Of a stretch of DNA of 14,551 bases, positions 1 to 9,276 are shown one piece after another. Below the pieces are notes generated by a model, which made no database searches, had not been told where the DNA came from, and saw only the letters and a list, made by a program, of their open reading frames with translations. This DNA is from Elusimicrobiota bacterium (GTDB lineage: Bacteria; Elusimicrobiota; Elusimicrobia; Elusimicrobiales; UBA9959): contig JBAXKK010000066.1 of the NCBI GenBank assembly GCA_037137395.1, positions 1 to 14,551 on the forward strand. Reading direction: 5' to 3'. How positions within the stretch are numbered: the stretch's first letter is position 1; every line of letters starts with the position of its first letter. The position numbers and the translations under genes were made by a program.

Positions 1-1
1 T

Positions 2-3000
2 GGGTGGTGGAGTGAAACTATTGAGGATCCCCTGGGCGATAATCACGAGAGATTATCAAAAGATACTCTTGGGGCCATAACAAGTGTTTGTCCAGATATG
101 GGGGGCTCATTTTATTATGGGGATATTTGGGCGGCTACGGAAGGGAGTGCGGATGACACATATGCACACGGAGGAAATGCTGCAAATAATGACGGGCCTG
201 CTATGGGTTGGTGGACGAACGCTTTGTATGAATATAAGTATTTTAACTTCGGCGGAACATACGGTGCATATTGGTTCCTTGGATCAATGGCGCACTTGGT
301 GGAGGATATGGGGGTCCCGGCTCACGCCATGAATGTCCCCCATGTTTTTCCTGCCCTTGATAATTTAGAAAGCAATGCGGCTCGCAACTACACTTCAAGT
401 TCAGTAATGCTGTATTACAACGCCTCTAACTATCCCTCTGACTATAAAGACTTTTTGAAGGGTTACACGCAGGACATAGTTAATAACGATAGTGAAGTGT
501 CTCCGCCTGCTGGGAATAGTTGGAATGACTTTTGGGTTGCGGGAAGTTATGGGCCAAATGGTGACATATTCCATAGCACGGCTTTGGGTGCCACGGCAGA
601 GGAAAATGCGCTAGTGGCGCACCAGTTGGCTAGTGCGCGAAACTATACTGCGGGAGCTTTGCTTGCAGCTTCGAAAAAATTACCGCCGCTTGTGAGAACG
701 CAGTTGCTCCTTTCAGTTCCCGTAATCAACACTGAAACCGGGAATACTATTTCCTTTAAGGTTATTGAAAACCGGACCGCCGCCGTAAAAATAAGTCTTG
801 TTGTTGCAGAAACCGGCCAATTTATAAAAGATTCTTCCGGCAAAATCTGGAATAAATCCGAAGAAAGTTTGGACGCAGATTCGGAACTCCCGTTCGGAAA
901 AATTTTTAATAATATTATCTGGAAAGGGGCAGTTTCTGCTGGCGAACCCCTTGCAGACGGAAATTATAAGCTGAAGGTCCTGGTTTGGGACACCGAGGGC
1001 GTCCCAAATCAGGCCCCAACCAACGAAACAGACCCCCAAGGCATCGCTTCGGTGGATTTCACTGTTCGGGCAAGCAGTTTCGCTGTTTATGATGAAGCAG
1101 GTAACGCTATTGCCGACAACGCTTTCGTTGCCGTTGACGGCGTTTTAGCGACAGGCGCCGACGGCACGGCAAAAATAACTTTGGACGGCCCGGTGCAACA
1201 GGAGGTTATATTCTCTTCGGGTGAAGCGATCGCCGCGGAGTTTGACGGGATATGGGACGGGGTCTATACCGTTTCAGCCTATGACGCGGATAATAATCTG
1301 CTCAGTTCCTCTACTTTTACCAATGACCGCGCCGAGCCGTGGTTTTATACGATAGATGAGAATGGCGAATATGGTCTTTTTGCCACAAACTCCACAATGA
1401 TAACGGTGCACGCTGAAGACGATGGCTCAAAAGTAGACCGCATAGTTATGGACGGACCGAGCGGTTCAACCCGTGCCGTGAGCGGTCAGACTCCGGTTGA
1501 TGAGACGTTCAGCGGGCTTTCTGCAGGCGAGTATACTGTGTGGGTTTATGACAGATCCGGTAACGCCGCTAAGCAGATATTCTGGGTGATAGCCCCGCCG
1601 CCTGGTTCCGGGCATGAGCCGCTTCCCGAACTTGAAAGCAGTATCGCTATATTTCCGCCGCCCTCAATGAAAAATGTCGGTCCAAGCGCAGTACTCGCTG
1701 CGGCGCTTCCTGATGGCGGGTATTACATCGCAATACCCGGGTACTACGGCAGTTATCTGATTAAGGTAAATAGCTCCGGCGATATCGTCGGGGCTAGCGG
1801 CGGCGCGGGGGATTATTGGATAAAAGACATGGCGGTTGACGGTAGTGGGAAAGTGTATATAGCAGCTATAATGGAGGATCTCAATGGAAGACATTGTCAA
1901 ATTAACGGTACTAATCTTCCATATGATACGAGGGAAAGCGTTAAAGTGGCTGTAGATCCGGTTTTGAACCGTGTTTACGCGGCTTACCTATTTGGCAACG
2001 GGATACAGGTTGCTTCTTTTGATACTGATCTTAACCCACTGAACACTTGGACCTATGATCCTGGTTCTGTGCGGGAAGAGGTTAATTTAAGCGGTATTTC
2101 AGTGGATAAAACCGGTGACGTTTGGGTGGGTGGGGGCGAGGTTTTTGCTAATGACCGGGGGGCCAACTGGGACTATCTTCTGGCGTTTCACTTCGGACCC
2201 AATTTGTCCGGTCCCGCTGTAATGAAGCAGGGAACAATATTTACTGAAGGAGAAAGTGAAGGAGCTCTTAGCTTTGCAGGGAGTCCAAATGGCGGTGTTG
2301 TGCTCCCTAATAATGGAGTTTTATGGCGGATCACATCGGCAGGTTTTGGCACCCCGGTTACGCGGCAGTCGGTATATGGGGAGTTAGAAGTGGATGAGGC
2401 CGGTAATATATACGAAGCGGTCGAGAATCCGGTTAACGGCCTCGTTAAGATAGGCCCGGACAACGCTATTATCTGGGATCCGCCATATCTTGATACAGGC
2501 CTGGCGCCGGAGGCCATTGTAATACCGCAAACCGGGAAGTTGGATATTGGAATGATCGTTTATGAGGGTGGACCGGCTGAGAATTACCATCTTTCTATTT
2601 CGCGCTATGCGTCCCCTGCGCCGGTATTTACCGCCACCGCCCCGGATGGGCTTGCTACGCTTAATTCCGCAACAGGGGATGCGGTAGTATCCGCCGTATC
2701 GCCTGAAATTCAGGCCTCCGCAGGAGCCGCCGCGGAGGGGGACGGACTGCTTGCCGTCACTCCTTTTTATGAAGTGACTTCCGGTTCAAGTACGCTTTCC
2801 TTGCCAGCCGATATTACTTTAACTTATTCCACCAATACTCTTTCTGAAATGGAATTGTCTCCGTGGGATATAAGCGTGTATGAATATGACGCGGAGAACG
2901 GCTGGGTTTATATGGACGATCAGGTTACGGATGAGGATAATAACAGGCTCAGCGCGCCCATATCGGGCAGCGCGCGGATATTCGCCATTTTGGGCAGCCT

Positions 3001-5977
3001 CCCTGATGAATCCGCTCCGGTAGCGCAACTGGTGGTAAACGGTTTACCGCTTGAAGACGGCGCAACGGCATATATAAATGCAAACGATCCCATAACGATA
3101 TCAGCGGAGGATTCCGGCGCAGGCGACATTTCCGGAGTTGCGGACATATTATATTCTACAGATGTCGATTTCTCATGGGAAACCGCCGCAATTTACAGCG
3201 GGCCGTTCACGCTTTCCACAGGCGCGCACACGGTTTACTACACTGCGAACGACTACGCGGGGAATCAGGCGGAAGTTAAGACCGCTTTTATAACTGTGAA
3301 CGCGACGGCGGCTTATCAAGTGGTTGACCCGTCTTCCGGACCCATCGGGATGCCGTTTACGATAACGGGTACAGGGTTTGGAGCTTATTCCGCAGGCACG
3401 ACTATAGTGCTGATAGGCGGAGCTACCGCGCCGCTTACGCTGTGGAGCACAACCACCATAAAGGGCACCGTGCCCGGAAGTCTTGCCGACGGCGAGTATC
3501 CGGTTTTGGTGAAGCGCGGCACAATGACTATCGCCAATGTCCAGCCGTTCACGGTTGCCACGCCTGTGCAGGCTTCTATCATACCCTCCTCCGGAGCGAT
3601 AGGCGTGCCGTTCACTATAACCGGCGCGAACTTCGGCAATTATGTGGCCAACTACACCAAAGTGTTGATAGGCGGCACGACCGCCCCGCTGACATTGTGG
3701 ACCGATACCAAGATAGAAGGCACGGTGCCCGGAGCCCTTAGCCCCGGCGATTACGATCTTATGGTCGAGCGGGAACTTAACGGCGGAGTAGTGCAAACTT
3801 CCACGCTCACATTTACGGTGATCGCGCCGCAACTGTTTTCAACAAGTCAGTCGTCAGGCGCGATAGGTATAGCGTTCACGCTGACCGGCGCGAACTTCGG
3901 AAACTATGCCGCCAATTATACCAGGGTGCTTATTGGCGGTACGACCGCCCCGTTAACGCTGTGGACGGACGCCAAAATACAGGGCACGATTCCCGGCAGC
4001 CTGGGTTCAGGGCAGTATGCGCTGCTTGTGGAGTGTAAAACCCAGGACGGCGGCCTGATACAAACTTCGTCGGTAACATTCGAAGTGTTGGGTGTGAAGG
4101 TAAGCAGTATAACACCCGTGACCGGGCCTATCGGCCTGCCTTTTACTATCTACGGGGCCAACTTCGGCGGCTACTCAGCCAACTATACCAGGGTGCTTAT
4201 TGGCGGAACCACCGCCCCATTAACGCTGTGGACGGATACTAAGATCCAGGGCACTATTCCCGGCAGCCTGGCTGAAGGCGATTACCCTGTTGTTGTCGAA
4301 CGCACCTTCAACGGCGGGCAGGTTCAGTCTTCAACTCTGACCTGGACGCTGGCCGCGCCTTCCCTGGCTTCGGTAAGCCCGTCGTCGGGGCCCATCGGGA
4401 TACCGTTCATCATAATGGGTACAAACTTCGGTAATTATGTGGCTAACTACACTAAAGTGTTGATAGGCGGCGCGACAGCGCCGTTAACACTGTGGACCGA
4501 CACGAAGATACAAGGCACTATCCCCGGCGCATTAACCTCAGGAGATTACGAGCTGTATGTTGAAAGAGCTCTTAACGGCGGCATCGCCCGGACTTCAACC
4601 GCAACATTCACGGTGGCTTTGCCTGTTTTAAATACGGTCAGTCCGTCCACGGCGGCCGTCATAGCGCCGTTTACCCTGACCGGCTACAACTTTGGAAGCT
4701 ATGTGGCAAATTACACCAAGGTTTTAATAGGCGGAGCCACAGCGCCGCTGACCCTGTGGACAGATAGTAAGATACAAGGCAAACTGCCGTTCCTATTGAG
4801 TGGAACTTACCCGGTGCAGGTTCAGCGTTACTTTAACGGTGCTCTTGCCGAAAGCGCCACCGCGTATATAAATGTGGCCGGGCTTTCTATATCCAGTATG
4901 ACTCCTACAAGCGGCGCGGGCGCGACAGCATTTACTATATGGGGTTCTTACTTCGGCCCTTATGACGCCAGCCTGGTGAATGGGAAGCCCTCCACGCGCG
5001 TGACCTTGAACGGCGTGGTCTGTTCTCTGAGCCTCTGGACCGACATGCAGATAAAAGGCCTGATCCCGGATTCGATAAGTTATGGAACACATACAGTACT
5101 GGTTGAGCGTGCTTCATCCGCAGGTACGGCCTCTTCAAATGCAATACAATTTACCGTGCCCGGCGGCGGGTATGGCGTGTCGGCTGCTCCAGCTTTCGCA
5201 AAGCCGAAAGCCGTGGCGGGTGGCGGCGAGCATAAAGCCGAACTTGCGCTTTCGCCCGAATGGGGCGGCATAGTAGAAAGCCCCGGCCGCTCGGCTGTTA
5301 TAGTGCCGGAGAACGCTTTGGCTGAAGAAACCGTTATAACAATATCCCCTGATAAACCCTCAACTGAGGAGACGGCCATAAGGGAAGCCGCCATGAAGCT
5401 GGCTATGCTCGCGGCCGCGGGGGCCGCCGTGTCTTTCGGGCCTGAAGGGTTGATATTCGGCAAGGACGCCGAACTCAAGCTGCCCTACGACTATAATAAA
5501 CTGCCGAAGGGCAAAACCGTAAGCGACCTATCCGTCTACTGGTGGGACGAGAACAATAACGATTGGGTTATGTTGCCTTCGGAAACCGACGGCGGCCTGG
5601 CCAGGCTGAAAGCGACGGCCGGGCATTTCTCGGTCTATCAGGTGCTGGTGCGCGGTGTAACTCCGCTGGCCGCCGATCCCGCATTTACGGCGGGGGAACA
5701 TTACGCGTACCCCAATCCGGCCAAAGGCAATAATCCGCGATTCCATTTCGAATGCGGACTTGCCGACGGCGCGCGGCTGGTCGTGTATGATATAAGCGGG
5801 CATAGAGTGTATGAAACCGACATGGGTGCGGCTGTTACGACAGGGGGCAAATACGCGTATGTGCATACCTGGGAAGTACAGAACGCCGCGAGCGGCGTAT
5901 ATGTGTATATTATGCGCGCCAACAAGACCGGATATAGCGACATAGTAAAGAAAGGTAAAGTTGCGCTGGTTAGATAA
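2..5977 (+). CDS. Giant multidomain secreted/surface protein (5'-partial): Zn-dependent phospholipase C/P1-nuclease-like N-terminal domain, FlgD/Ig-like domains, beta-propeller-like region, ZU5-like domains, 7 IPT/TIG repeats, C-terminal T9SS type-A-like sorting domain
   Basis: The frame of the 98..5977 ORF stays open to position 2 (GWWSETIEDPLGDNHERLSKDTLGAITSVCPD-M), so the true start lies upstream of the window. Motifs: W-x12-H and AYWFLGSMAHLVEDMGVPAH (PLC/P1 Zn ligands); IWKG..G.PLADGNY (FlgD Ig-like); repeated P.SG.IG.PFTITG.NFG...VLIGG..APLTLWTDTKI.GT.PG; C-terminal YAYPNP...VYDISG..V...ASGVY...KKGKVALVR. Confidence 0.85.
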   Translation, partial: GWWSETIEDPLGDNHERLSKDTLGAITSVCPDMGGSFYYGDIWAATEGSADDTYAHGGNAANNDGPAMGWWTNALYEYKYFNFGGTYGAYWFLGSMAHLVEDMGVPAHAMNVPHVFPALDNLESNAARNYTSSSVMLYYNASNYPSDYKDFLKGYTQDIVNNDSEVSPPAGNSWNDFWVAGSYGPNGDIFHSTALGATAEENALVAHQLASARNYTAGALLAASKKLPPLVRTQLLLSVPVINTETGNTISFKVIENRTAAVKISLVVAETGQFIKDSSGKIWNKSEESLDADSELPFGKIFNNIIWKGAVSAGEPLADGNYKLKVLVWDTEGVPNQAPTNETDPQGIASVDFTVRASSFAVYDEAGNAIADNAFVAVDGVLATGADGTAKITLDGPVQQEVIFSSGEAIAAEFDGIWDGVYTVSAYDADNNLLSSSTFTNDRAEPWFYTIDENGEYGLFATNSTMITVHAEDDGSKVDRIVMDGPSGSTRAVSGQTPVDETFSGLSAGEYTVWVYDRSGNAAKQIFWVIAPPPGSGHEPLPELESSIAIFPPPSMKNVGPSAVLAAALPDGGYYIAIPGYYGSYLIKVNSSGDIVGASGGAGDYWIKDMAVDGSGKVYIAAIMEDLNGRHCQINGTNLPYDTRESVKVAVDPVLNRVYAAYLFGNGIQVASFDTDLNPLNTWTYDPGSVREEVNLSGISVDKTGDVWVGGGEVFANDRGANWDYLLAFHFGPNLSGPAVMKQGTIFTEGESEGALSFAGSPNGGVVLPNNGVLWRITSAGFGTPVTRQSVYGELEVDEAGNIYEAVENPVNGLVKIGPDNAIIWDPPYLDTGLAPEAIVIPQTGKLDIGMIVYEGGPAENYHLSISRYASPAPVFTATAPDGLATLNSATGDAVVSAVSPEIQASAGAAAEGDGLLAVTPFYEVTSGSSTLSLPADITLTYSTNTLSEMELSPWDISVYEYDAENGWVYMDDQVTDEDNNRLSAPISGSARIFAILGSLPDESAPVAQLVVNGLPLEDGATAYINANDPITISAEDSGAGDISGVADILYSTDVDFSWETAAIYSGPFTLSTGAHTVYYTANDYAGNQAEVKTAFITVNATAAYQVVDPSSGPIGMPFTITGTGFGAYSAGTTIVLIGGATAPLTLWSTTTIKGTVPGSLADGEYPVLVKRGTMTIANVQPFTVATPVQASIIPSSGAIGVPFTITGANFGNYVANYTKVLIGGTTAPLTLWTDTKIEGTVPGALSPGDYDLMVERELNGGVVQTSTLTFTVIAPQLFSTSQSSGAIGIAFTLTGANFGNYAANYTRVLIGGTTAPLTLWTDAKIQGTIPGSLGSGQYALLVECKTQDGGLIQTSSVTFEVLGVKVSSITPVTGPIGLPFTIYGANFGGYSANYTRVLIGGTTAPLTLWTDTKIQGTIPGSLAEGDYPVVVERTFNGGQVQSSTLTWTLAAPSLASVSPSSGPIGIPFIIMGTNFGNYVANYTKVLIGGATAPLTLWTDTKIQGTIPGALTSGDYELYVERALNGGIARTSTATFTVALPVLNTVSPSTAAVIAPFTLTGYNFGSYVANYTKVLIGGATAPLTLWTDSKIQGKLPFLLSGTYPVQVQRYFNGALAESATAYINVAGLSISSMTPTSGAGATAFTIWGSYFGPYDASLVNGKPSTRVTLNGVVCSLSLWTDMQIKGLIPDSISYGTHTVLVERASSAGTASSNAIQFTVPGGGYGVSAAPAFAKPKAVAGGGEHKAELALSPEWGGIVESPGRSAVIVPENALAEETVITISPDKPSTEETAIREAAMKLAMLAAAGAAVSFGPEGLIFGKDAELKLPYDYNKLPKGKTVSDLSVYWWDENNNDWVMLPSETDGGLARLKATAGHFSVYQVLVRGVTPLAADPAFTAGEHYAYPNPAKGNNPRFHFECGLADGARLVVYDISGHRVYETDMGAAVTTGGKYAYVHTWEVQNAASGVYVYIMRANKTGYSDIVKKGKVALVR
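3320..5160 (+). repeat. Seven tandem intragenic IPT/TIG-domain repeats (~88 aa each)
   Basis: The PLTLW codons start at 3431, 3686, 3950, 4217, 4481 and 4745 (spacing 255-267 bp). A seventh, divergent copy (SLSLWTDMQIKG) lies near 5025. Confidence 0.9.
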
Positions 5978-6010
5978 GGTGTAAAGGCGCAGAAAGAAAA
6001 GGATCGTACG

Positions 6011-6940
6011 ATGAAACAACGGATGATAATGATGGCGGTTTTAGCGGTCAACCTATGCGCATGGGCAGAAGCGGGAGTGTCTTCCGAAGCATTTTTGAAG
6101 ATAGGCGCGGGCGCCGAGGCCGCAGCACTAGGGAACGCCTATACCGCCGCCGCGGACGGCCCGGCCGCTATTTACTGGAACCCGGCCGGTATGGCCGGGA
6201 GCGGCAAAACAGCCGTAACGCTTACGCATACCATGCTTTATAATGAGGCGACGCACGACTTTGCAGCCTTCACTTTTAAAGGGCTTGGCGGTAATATAGG
6301 CGCGGCCATGACATGGTTAAGTTACGGCAGCCTTAACGGCAGGGATATAAACGGCATGGCCGCCGGTGACTTCTCGGCCGGGGATTCGGCTTTAAGTCTC
6401 GCGTACGCGGCAAACTTGGGCGCGGACATAAAGGCAGGGATGGCCGGGAAATACATACACAGCAAGATAGGCGGCGACACGGGGGACGGTTTCGCGCTGG
6501 ACGCCGGTGTAAAATGGGTCACGCCTGTAAATGGTCTTAAAGCCGGTTTCGCGATGCAGAACCTGGGTCCGGAATTCAGGTTTTCAGGAGATAAGAAGCC
6601 GCTGCCGCTCACCTGGGATATCGGTTTGGAGTACGGAGGTATAGATCGTTTTAAATTTTTGTTAGACGGTAAAGCGCGGCCCGAAGACGGGGATGATGAA
6701 CTATGCCTCGGAGCGGAATACCAAGTGGCTAAAGCTCTGTCTGTGCGGGCGGGATACAACGGAAAAGCCTTAAAGGCGGGTAAGCAGAGCGGGGCTAAAG
6801 GTTTGAAAGCGCTTGATAATCTGCGCGGCATAAGCGCCGGTTTCGGCGCGGCGCTTGGCGGATTTGAAGTGGATTATTCGTTTACGCCGTACGGCGAGCT
6901 GGGTAATGCCCAGCGGATAACCCTGTCCGCGGCTTTTTAG
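6011..6940 (+). CDS. PorV/PorQ-family outer-membrane beta-barrel protein (FadL-like)
   Basis: Signal peptide MKQRMIMMAVLAVNLCAWAEA; family motif FLKIGAGAEAAALGNAYTAAADGPAAIYWNPAG; C-terminal DYSFTPYGELGNAQRITLSAAF ending in Phe; RBS AAGGA at about 5999-6003; 33 bp after the cargo gene. Confidence 0.85.
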   Translation: MKQRMIMMAVLAVNLCAWAEAGVSSEAFLKIGAGAEAAALGNAYTAAADGPAAIYWNPAGMAGSGKTAVTLTHTMLYNEATHDFAAFTFKGLGGNIGAAMTWLSYGSLNGRDINGMAAGDFSAGDSALSLAYAANLGADIKAGMAGKYIHSKIGGDTGDGFALDAGVKWVTPVNGLKAGFAMQNLGPEFRFSGDKKPLPLTWDIGLEYGGIDRFKFLLDGKARPEDGDDELCLGAEYQVAKALSVRAGYNGKALKAGKQSGAKGLKALDNLRGISAGFGAALGGFEVDYSFTPYGELGNAQRITLSAAF

Positions 6941-6998
6941 TTGACCGCAGAGGACAGCGCCTATATGGCCAGTTGGGCAACGCCATAAAAATATTCAG

Positions 6999-7026
6999 TT
7001 AGAATGGAAGAAATTTTAAATATAAT
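6999..7026 (+). promoter_or_regulatory. Putative sigma70 promoter of the BMC operon
   Basis: Perfect TATAAT at 7021-7026 in an AT-rich spacer upstream of the AGGAGG RBS of the first BMC gene. The -35 candidate TTAGAA (6999-7004, 16-bp spacer) is weak. Confidence 0.4.
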
Positions 7027-7054
7027 AATATATGAGAGAGTATAGGAGGATAAA

Positions 7055-7342
7055 ATGGAAGCACTTGGAATGATAGAAACCAAAGGTTTAGTGGCCTGCA
7101 TTGAAGCGGCGGATGCCGCCGTGAAAGCCGCCAATGTTAAACTGGTGGGCTACGAGAAGATAGGCTCCGGCCTTGTCACGATTATGTTCCGCGGCGAAGT
7201 GGCCGCCTGCCGGGCCAGTTGCGACGCCGGCGCCGCGGCCGCGCAGAAAGTCGGGGAGGTTGTATCTGTGCACGTGATACCTTCGCCTCACTCCGATCTT
7301 GAAGGCAGGCTGCCTATCGGTATTGAAACCCGAAAGAAGTAA
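7055..7342 (+). CDS. BMC-H hexameric shell protein (EutM/PduA/PduJ-like)
   Basis: [27 protein letters not shown]...KIGSG...VHVIPSPH is the canonical single BMC domain; strong AGGAGG RBS. Confidence 0.95.
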   Translation: MEALGMIETKGLVACIEAADAAVKAANVKLVGYEKIGSGLVTIMFRGEVAACRASCDAGAAAAQKVGEVVSVHVIPSPHSDLEGRLPIGIETRKK

Positions 7343-7346
7343 AAAA

Positions 7347-7437
7347 AGTGTAGAGTGGGTAGTGTAAAGTGTAGAGCGGTTGAGTAAATCACTTGATGGT
7401 CTCTGCGCTAAATACTTTCTACTTTACACTCTCGACC
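7347..7437. repeat. Heptamer tandem-repeat hairpin A (AGTGTAG family)
   Basis: Left arm AGTGTAG AGTGGGT AGTGTAA AGTGTAG AGCGGTT (7347-7381); right arm CTGCGCT AAATACT TTCTACT TTACACT CTCGACC (7403-7437), approximately the reverse complement. Confidence 0.8.
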
Positions 7438-7454
7438 TTTGTCAGGGAGAACTT

Positions 7455-7763
7455 ATGTTATTTGCCAGAGTGGTCGGCAACGTGGTCTGCACGCGCAAGG
7501 ACGACAAGCTCGTAGGCTCAAAGCTGCTTATGGTTCAGCCAGTGGGACTGGATGATAAGCCGCGCGGCAATGTTCTGGTGGGTATTGATTCCGTGGGAGC
7601 GGGCGAGGGCGAACTGGTTCTGCTGGTGCAGGGCTCAAGCGCCCGTCAAACCTCTAAGACCGAGAGTACGCCGGTGGACTGTACGATCTTCGCTATTGTT
7701 GACACAATAGAGAAAGATGGTAAAACCGTGTTCACTAAACGGGACGACAGGATGGCAGTTTAA
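7455..7763 (+). CDS. BMC-P pentameric vertex protein (EutN/CcmL family)
   Basis: MLFARVVGNVVCTRKDDKLVGSKLLMVQP...DSVGAGEGELVLLVQGSSAR...PVDCTIFAIVD. Start moved to ATG 7455 (RBS GGGAGA at 7445-7450); the longer ORF runs through repeat A. Confidence 0.93.
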   Translation: MLFARVVGNVVCTRKDDKLVGSKLLMVQPVGLDDKPRGNVLVGIDSVGAGEGELVLLVQGSSARQTSKTESTPVDCTIFAIVDTIEKDGKTVFTKRDDRMAV

Positions 7764-7767
7764 CAAG

Positions 7768-7852
7768 AGTGGCAAGTGAATAGTGGTAAATTGAGGTATT
7801 CCTTAAACACTGACCACTCGTACTGATTACTCGACACTAATCACTAACCACT
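7768..7852. repeat. Heptamer tandem-repeat hairpin B (AGTGGTA / ACCACT family)
   Basis: Left AGTGGCA AGTGAAT AGTGGTA (7768-7788); right AAACACT GACCACT CGTACT GATTACT CGACACT AATCACT AACCACT (7805-7852). Confidence 0.8.
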
Positions 7853-7860
7853 GCTTTGAA

Positions 7861-9276
7861 ATGCTTATGAACGAAGAAGAACTTCAGCGCATAGTGACCG
7901 AAGTCCTCAAGAATATTGATCCTGTGGCCGCGCCGGTCAATCTTAGCGTTTCCGACGGCCCCGTGTTCTCCTCTGTGGACGCGGCGGTCAGCTCCGCTGA
8001 ACAGGCCCAGGTTGAATTTCAGGACTTGGGCATGGAAGCGCGTTCAAAGATCATAGATTCAATGCGCAGGGTTTCAGTGGATAACGCCGCGCGCTGGGCA
8101 AAGCTTGCTGTAGCTGAGACCGGCATGGGCCGCGTGGAAGATAAGACGCAAAAGAATCTGATCGTCGCCGCCAGGACCCCCGGGGTGGAGGATCTGAGAT
8201 CCATATCTTATACAGGCGACAAGGGGCTTACGCTGGTGGAGTGGGCGCCCTTCGGAGTGGTTGCGGCTATAACGCCTTCCACCAACGCTGTGGCCACCAT
8301 CATCAGTAACGCCATAGGAATACTTGCCGCGGGCAATTCCGTCGTGTTCTCGCCTCACCCGGCCGCCAAAGGCTGCGTGCAGGACTGCGTGCGCGTTCTT
8401 AACTCCGCTATAATTTCTGCCGGCGGCCCCGCCAACCTTGTTTCCACCATTGAAAATCCGACCCAGGACTCCACCCGTGAACTTTTAGCCCATCCCAAGG
8501 GCCGTATGAATATGGTTACCGGCGGTCCTGCTATAGTTAAAGTGGCCATGACCGTGGGCAAGGCTTGTAAGACTATCGCCGCCGGGCCCGGTAATCCGCC
8601 GATCGTAGTAGACGAGACCGCCATTTTTCCGGATTGCGCGCGCGAGATAATCACCGGCTGCGGGTTCGATAATAACGTGCTCTGCATAGCCGAGAAGGAA
8701 GTAGTGGTGACGGAGAGAGCCAAAGCTTTATTTCTGGAGAGCATGCGAAAGGACCCCAGGGCTTACGAGCTTACGGCCTCCCAGATAGACAAACTTGCCA
8801 GCCTCGCCATATTGGCGCCAGGAAAGGAGCCCAGATTAAACCGGGATTTTATCGGAAAGAACGCCTCCGTCATCGCCAAAGCCATAGGCCTCAGTCTGCC
8901 TGATGAGATACGCGTGCTCTGGTCGGAGGTCTCTGAAGACCATCCCTTTGTGGTTTCCGAACAGCTTATGCCGGTGCTGCCGGTAACCACGGCGCGCGAT
9001 ATAGACGCCGCCATAGAACTGGCTTATAAGCTGGAATGGGAGCACCACCATACTGCCGGCATGTACTCGACCGATATCAGAAATATGAGCAAAATGGGCC
9101 GCAGGATGGCTTGCTCCATTTTTGTTAAGAATGCCTGCACGCTGCACGGCCTGGGCCTTGGAGAAGGGTACGCTTCAATGTCCATCGGCACGCCTACCGG
9201 CGACGGCATAACCAAAACTTCTCATTTCGTGCGCCCGCTGCAGTGCAGTCTTGTCGGGTATATGAGAATAGCATAG
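7861..9276 (+). CDS. CoA-acylating aldehyde dehydrogenase (EutE/PduP family) with N-terminal encapsulation peptide
   Basis: ETGMGRVEDK..KN, PFGVVAAITPSTN, VTGGPAIV, AAGPGNPP, catalytic FDNNVLCIAEK, EQLMPVLP, GTPTGDGIT; amphipathic N-terminus MNEEELQRIVTEVLKNI. The start may be 7861 or 7867. Confidence 0.93.
   Translation: MLMNEEELQRIVTEVLKNIDPVAAPVNLSVSDGPVFSSVDAAVSSAEQAQVEFQDLGMEARSKIIDSMRRVSVDNAARWAKLAVAETGMGRVEDKTQKNLIVAARTPGVEDLRSISYTGDKGLTLVEWAPFGVVAAITPSTNAVATIISNAIGILAAGNSVVFSPHPAAKGCVQDCVRVLNSAIISAGGPANLVSTIENPTQDSTRELLAHPKGRMNMVTGGPAIVKVAMTVGKACKTIAAGPGNPPIVVDETAIFPDCAREIITGCGFDNNVLCIAEKEVVVTERAKALFLESMRKDPRAYELTASQIDKLASLAILAPGKEPRLNRDFIGKNASVIAKAIGLSLPDEIRVLWSEVSEDHPFVVSEQLMPVLPVTTARDIDAAIELAYKLEWEHHHTAGMYSTDIRNMSKMGRRMACSIFVKNACTLHGLGLGEGYASMSIGTPTGDGITKTSHFVRPLQCSLVGYMRIA

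Noticed and set aside
98..100. ATG 98 as the true start of the giant protein
   Set aside because: The frame is open to the window edge, there is no signal peptide after this Met, and the putative Trp1/His14 ligands lie upstream.
3880..4275. Near-identical IPT repeats 3 and 4 as a diversity-generating retroelement TR/VR pair
   Set aside because: Both copies are in-frame coding, differences are mostly synonymous and not adenine-specific, and there is no reverse transcriptase.
6964..6990. TATGGC..GTTG-GG-CAAC-GCCATA hairpin as terminator of the porV-like gene
   Set aside because: The stem is bulged and is followed by an A-tract rather than a U-tract on the plus strand; too weak to call.
7380..7454. 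Longer N-termini given by the ORF track (also 9343-9435, 10004-10060, 12963-13013, 13271-13288)
   Set aside because: Most extensions run through repeat hairpins. Family homology begins at the downstream ATG, which in most cases has a good RBS.
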